A stretch of DNA of 64,000 nucleotides from Neoechinorhynchus agilis (taxonomy: Eukaryota > Animalia > Acanthocephala): positions 13,779,480 through 13,843,479 of the forward strand of contig CM121342.1 in assembly GCA_051530055.1 (NCBI GenBank), read 5' to 3'. The notes beneath the pieces were generated by a model. The model saw only the letters and a list, made by a program, of their open reading frames with translations, did not search any database and had not been told where the DNA came from. The number at the start of each line of letters is the position of its first letter. Within the stretch, counting starts at the first letter, position 1. Position numbers and translations under genes: made by a program. Shown here piece after piece: positions 60,728 to 64,000 of the stretch.

Positions 60728-61191
60728 ATATTTATCTTGAAAATTTTCGGTCTTTTCGTTGGCCTTCTTCAGTCAATCTACAATTAAAAAGAAGCATTGT
60801 CAAATAGTTTACCCGGTGGGACTCGCAGACCGGGTTTGTAGTCATCTTTGTTGCCAATAAAAGTACCCGTTTGCTGGATTATGATGGCTTCCATAGTCAC
60901 TCTGTTGCGTCTTACGTCACTCCTCGCAAGAACCTCGCGCCATCAAAATTGATTTCATGCCCACTGCCATTGATGTGAGACACTATCGCCGAGCTCACGT
61001 AGGACTTTTTGATAACTGCTCTTCTGTGCTCAGCAATCGTTCTTTTTAGATTGTTCGTTTGTATTACATATTACAGACTGCAATTCGAACGTGGAATCTT
61101 ATGGAAGATTGACTGAAGGTGGTCAACGAAAAGGCCGAAAGTTTTCAGGATAAATCTATTTCTCAATCAAATATCGCTAATTGAAACTGAA
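60728..61191 (-). mobile_element. 5'-truncated PLE (GIY-YIG C-terminus + pLTR) with inverted pLTR at the other end
   Basis: Minus strand: NNLKRTIAEHRRAV..SSAIVSHINGSGHEINFDGARFL..RVTMEAIII followed by an HHR; inverted HHR-pLTR at 61106-61191; same pLTR as 41503-41691. Confidence 0.87.
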
Positions 61192-61846
61192 ACTTTAGAA
61201 AAAGAACCTCAAACAAAAAATATAGTAGAAATCGTCTAAACGAACTTTTGCAATCCTTAAATTTTAACTATTTGAGCTGTGTTTTTTGTTGTTAAAAGTT
61301 TCAATACTTCGTCTATAAATTTCCAAGTGCAGAACTTCAATTATCTGAGCTTTCTTTTTTGACGAGTTCTGTTCCATCGTTGGCGTTTTCTCGCCCTTGT
61401 AATTCCTCTTTTATATTTAAATATTGTTTGAAGGAAGGGAAGCAAGGCTGCTGCTTATGTTCGGGTTATTGTGATAACGAATCCAAAGTTTTGTAAAATC
61501 CAGCATTCTCGGCGGAATTTTCCAGTTATTACTGAAGTTGTTTCTATTCTAGTTAAATCTCGCAAATCATTGCGCTTTTTTAAATACGATCTTTAGTAAC
61601 GACATACTTTATTATTGGTAAGCTTTTTACAAAATCCATGGCAGGTATAATGCGGCAAAAACGGATGCTGATTTTTCTCTGTCCTGAAATTTTGACAAAA
61701 TCATTTTCGTTTTTTATTTTAGTGAATAAAATTATTCATGATTTTCGCCTAGAAATAAACCGCAATCATGACAAATTTGATTTGACGTTTTGTGTTTATT
61801 TCGACATTTTAGATATTATTTTCGCACACATATAATCGTCGTTTAA

Positions 61847-62557
61847 ATGAGCACTCTTATTTCGACTGACAAATGGATTCCTCTGGAAAACGACCCAGAA
61901 GTCTTGAACAAGTACCTTGCTCGAATATCCAATTCTAGTTTCCGTCTTTGTGACGTTGTTAGCTTTGAGAACGATGCTGCTCAATTTATTAGCGGACGAT
62001 TGATTGGCATTATCGTACTTTACCCTACGGTTATCGACTTGGACGAAGAAACTGGAAAAGAAGTGAAAGATGTGATTTTTATTAAACAAATGGTACATAA
62101 CGCTTGTGCGACAATGGCTCTAGTTCACGGTTTGATCAATTTCGACGGACCAAAGGGCGGCCTCGTAGATGAGCTAAAGGTTGCGATTACTGATTTGGAC
62201 CCAGAAAAAGCAGGAGAGATGTTAGTGAATATATTCAAAAAGGCACACAATGAGTTTTCGATGGGTGCACTTGGTAATCCTGCTTCAGAGCATGATATGG
62301 CTACAGATCTTCATTTTGTCACCTTCATCGTAAAGGGATCGAGGCTGTATCAGTTGGATGGCCGGAAAGCTGGACCGATTGATAAGGGTCCATCGAGCGA
62401 ATCCGATCTTTTATCGGTTAGTAAGCATAATTTGGAGATTAATAATATGTATGCATTCCTGATTTAGGACGCCATAAAAGTTATTAAGAGGGACTTTCTT
62501 AGCAAATTGGCACCTAACGAGTGCCGATTCAGCTGTTTGGCTTTGGTGAAAGAATGA
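61847..62557 (+). CDS. UCHL3: Ubiquitin C-terminal hydrolase, peptidase C12 (UCHL1/UCHL3-like), 2 exons
   Basis: WIPLENDPEV, FIKQMVHNACATMAL (catalytic Cys), LHFVTF (His), LYQLDGRK (Asp); GT-AG intron about 62417-62468. Confidence 0.9.
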
Positions 62558-63133
62558 AAACGTTAGATAGTAAAAGTCTTTTCTCTGGATTGTTATCAAT
62601 TCATTAGCGTCGTATCGGATGTTATGATTACATTTCAATTACGATTTTATATCTTTAGCGATCATACAATTTAGAGTAAAGTAAAAAAAAGCGTTCGTCT
62701 TGTTTTAAATACTCCCTTTGATATTCATTAAAATAAAGGGTGTTTTAAAATGAATCAAACTTGAGTAATAAAAAATTAATTTAATTATATTACATATTCT
62801 ATAAGTGAACTTTCATGCAAGAAAATAGTCAAAAATTGTTTCATTTTTGAAAATGTGGCGATATTTGTGCTGCCAATTTTAGAATAGAATTCGAGTCGTG
62901 ACAACTGAACAAAAAGGTATGCAGAAATCTAACCTAGGGCGCAACTTGTTTTTAATTATGGGAAAACGAAAATCTGAAGGGTGCTAGTTTTTGAGATGTG
63001 GGAAGCAAATAATCTTCTAATCCGTTCCGGCACACGCACACACCAAGCGATCCATCAATATCTATGTTTTTTGTGCTGATAATTTTCTGTTTTATGTCGT
63101 GTACCTCTCTGGATCGGCCCATTTATTGCCTCT

Positions 63134-64000
63134 TTACCTAGTGATCGGAATCTCTACCACTGACTTTGATCCTGATCGTAGTTCAGTTCTCATGGCCGAA
63201 CTGATGTTCGAAACCTCATTGTGGTCTAGCAGAGGAACCTCAATCATCAGCTGACCGTCGGAGTTAAGAAATGCCTGCAGTTTTCTGACATCCACCGTCG
63301 GTGGCAATGTAACATCCTTATAGAAATACATTCTGGATGAACGACCGGTTTTATCGACGAAATATCGCTGGGCTTCCACCTTCAAAAGATTGGTACCTTC
63401 AACCTTTATACTAATGTCTTTATCACCGTAATCAGTTGCATCCAGGTTCATAATGACCATTTTGCCGACGATTCTGGGGGAAAATGCACTTCTAAAAAAA
63501 GTGTCATAATTGTATTGACTTGCGGTTGGCTGAGAGAACTGTCTACTTTGTGAAGATTGAATCTGCGACTGGGGCGAACTAACACTAGACGGTTGAGAGC
63601 GCATCGGAGCAGCTTCATTTAAAGCAGCAGCAGCAGCATTGTTGTCCACTACTTGAGATCTGAAAGCTCGAAATGTTCCTGTCGTTGGCGATCGAAGTTG
63701 ACTCAGACTACTGGTCGCACATTGATTCTCACAATCGACTCCCGGGTAGAACCAATGACTTACTACGGTTATCCTGCATACTAGAATAACGCTCATAATT
63801 AGGATGTTGGGAAGATATTTGGGAAGGATAAGTAATAAAGGAAGACATATTTGACCCTAAGGGTTGTTGAATAGCTGTATTGCGGGTTGGCAATGTCGAA
63901 GCAACTTGAATATTAGGGCTTCTTGAAGAAGATATCTTCCTTACGACTTCTTGTTCGCGGCATGTTTTGGATACTGACGGATAATAATAACGACCAAGTC
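63134..64000 (-). CDS. Small heat-shock protein (alpha-crystallin domain) with long N-terminal region; 5' end outside window
   Basis: VIMNLDATDY..KDISIKVEGTNLLKVEA..FYKDVTLPPTVDV..LQAFLNSDGQLMIEVP; upstream open frame to the window end joined through a gtaagt intron near 63742. Confidence 0.85.

Noticed and set aside
1-64000. CRISPR arrays, rRNA, prokaryotic operons
   Set aside because: None seen; intron-bearing eukaryotic genes throughout and no repeat-spacer pattern

Overview
Eukaryotic (invertebrate metazoan-like) genomic DNA, AT-rich, with compact genes and mostly short (about 33-56 bp) GT-AG introns. I could not assign the organism. Recognisable host genes: glycerate kinase (MOFRL type), a divergent actin-related protein, a secreted two-Kunitz/mucin-linker protein, an F-box/Kelch protein, a centaurin-gamma/AGAP ArfGAP, a Brat/NCL-1 NHL protein, a probable NEPRO/RMP64-like protein, a thioredoxin, a GT32 glycosyltransferase, an intronless divergent CDC27/APC3, a UCHL deubiquitinase, a small heat-shock protein running off the right end, and two orphan ORFs. 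Intergenic DNA is full of mobile-element relics: a near-intact Penelope-like element (PLE), a CRE-like retrotransposon, decayed LINEs, foldback MITEs and a ~172-bp satellite. Three things stand out. (1) About 18 minimal type-I hammerhead ribozyme (HHR) motifs from about 7 stem-II families, mostly as outward-facing inverted pairs, with one 254-nt tandem retrozyme-like unit and one palindrome directly behind the CDC27 stop. (2) A tRNA-headed SINE-like family carrying a permuted (type II) HHR-like core. (3) Two insertions with inverted-repeat ends inside otherwise intact coding sequences (F-box/Kelch, glycerate kinase) whose exact removal restores the frame but lacks GT-AG ends. All alignments, folds and exon boundaries were read by eye and need computational confirmation.
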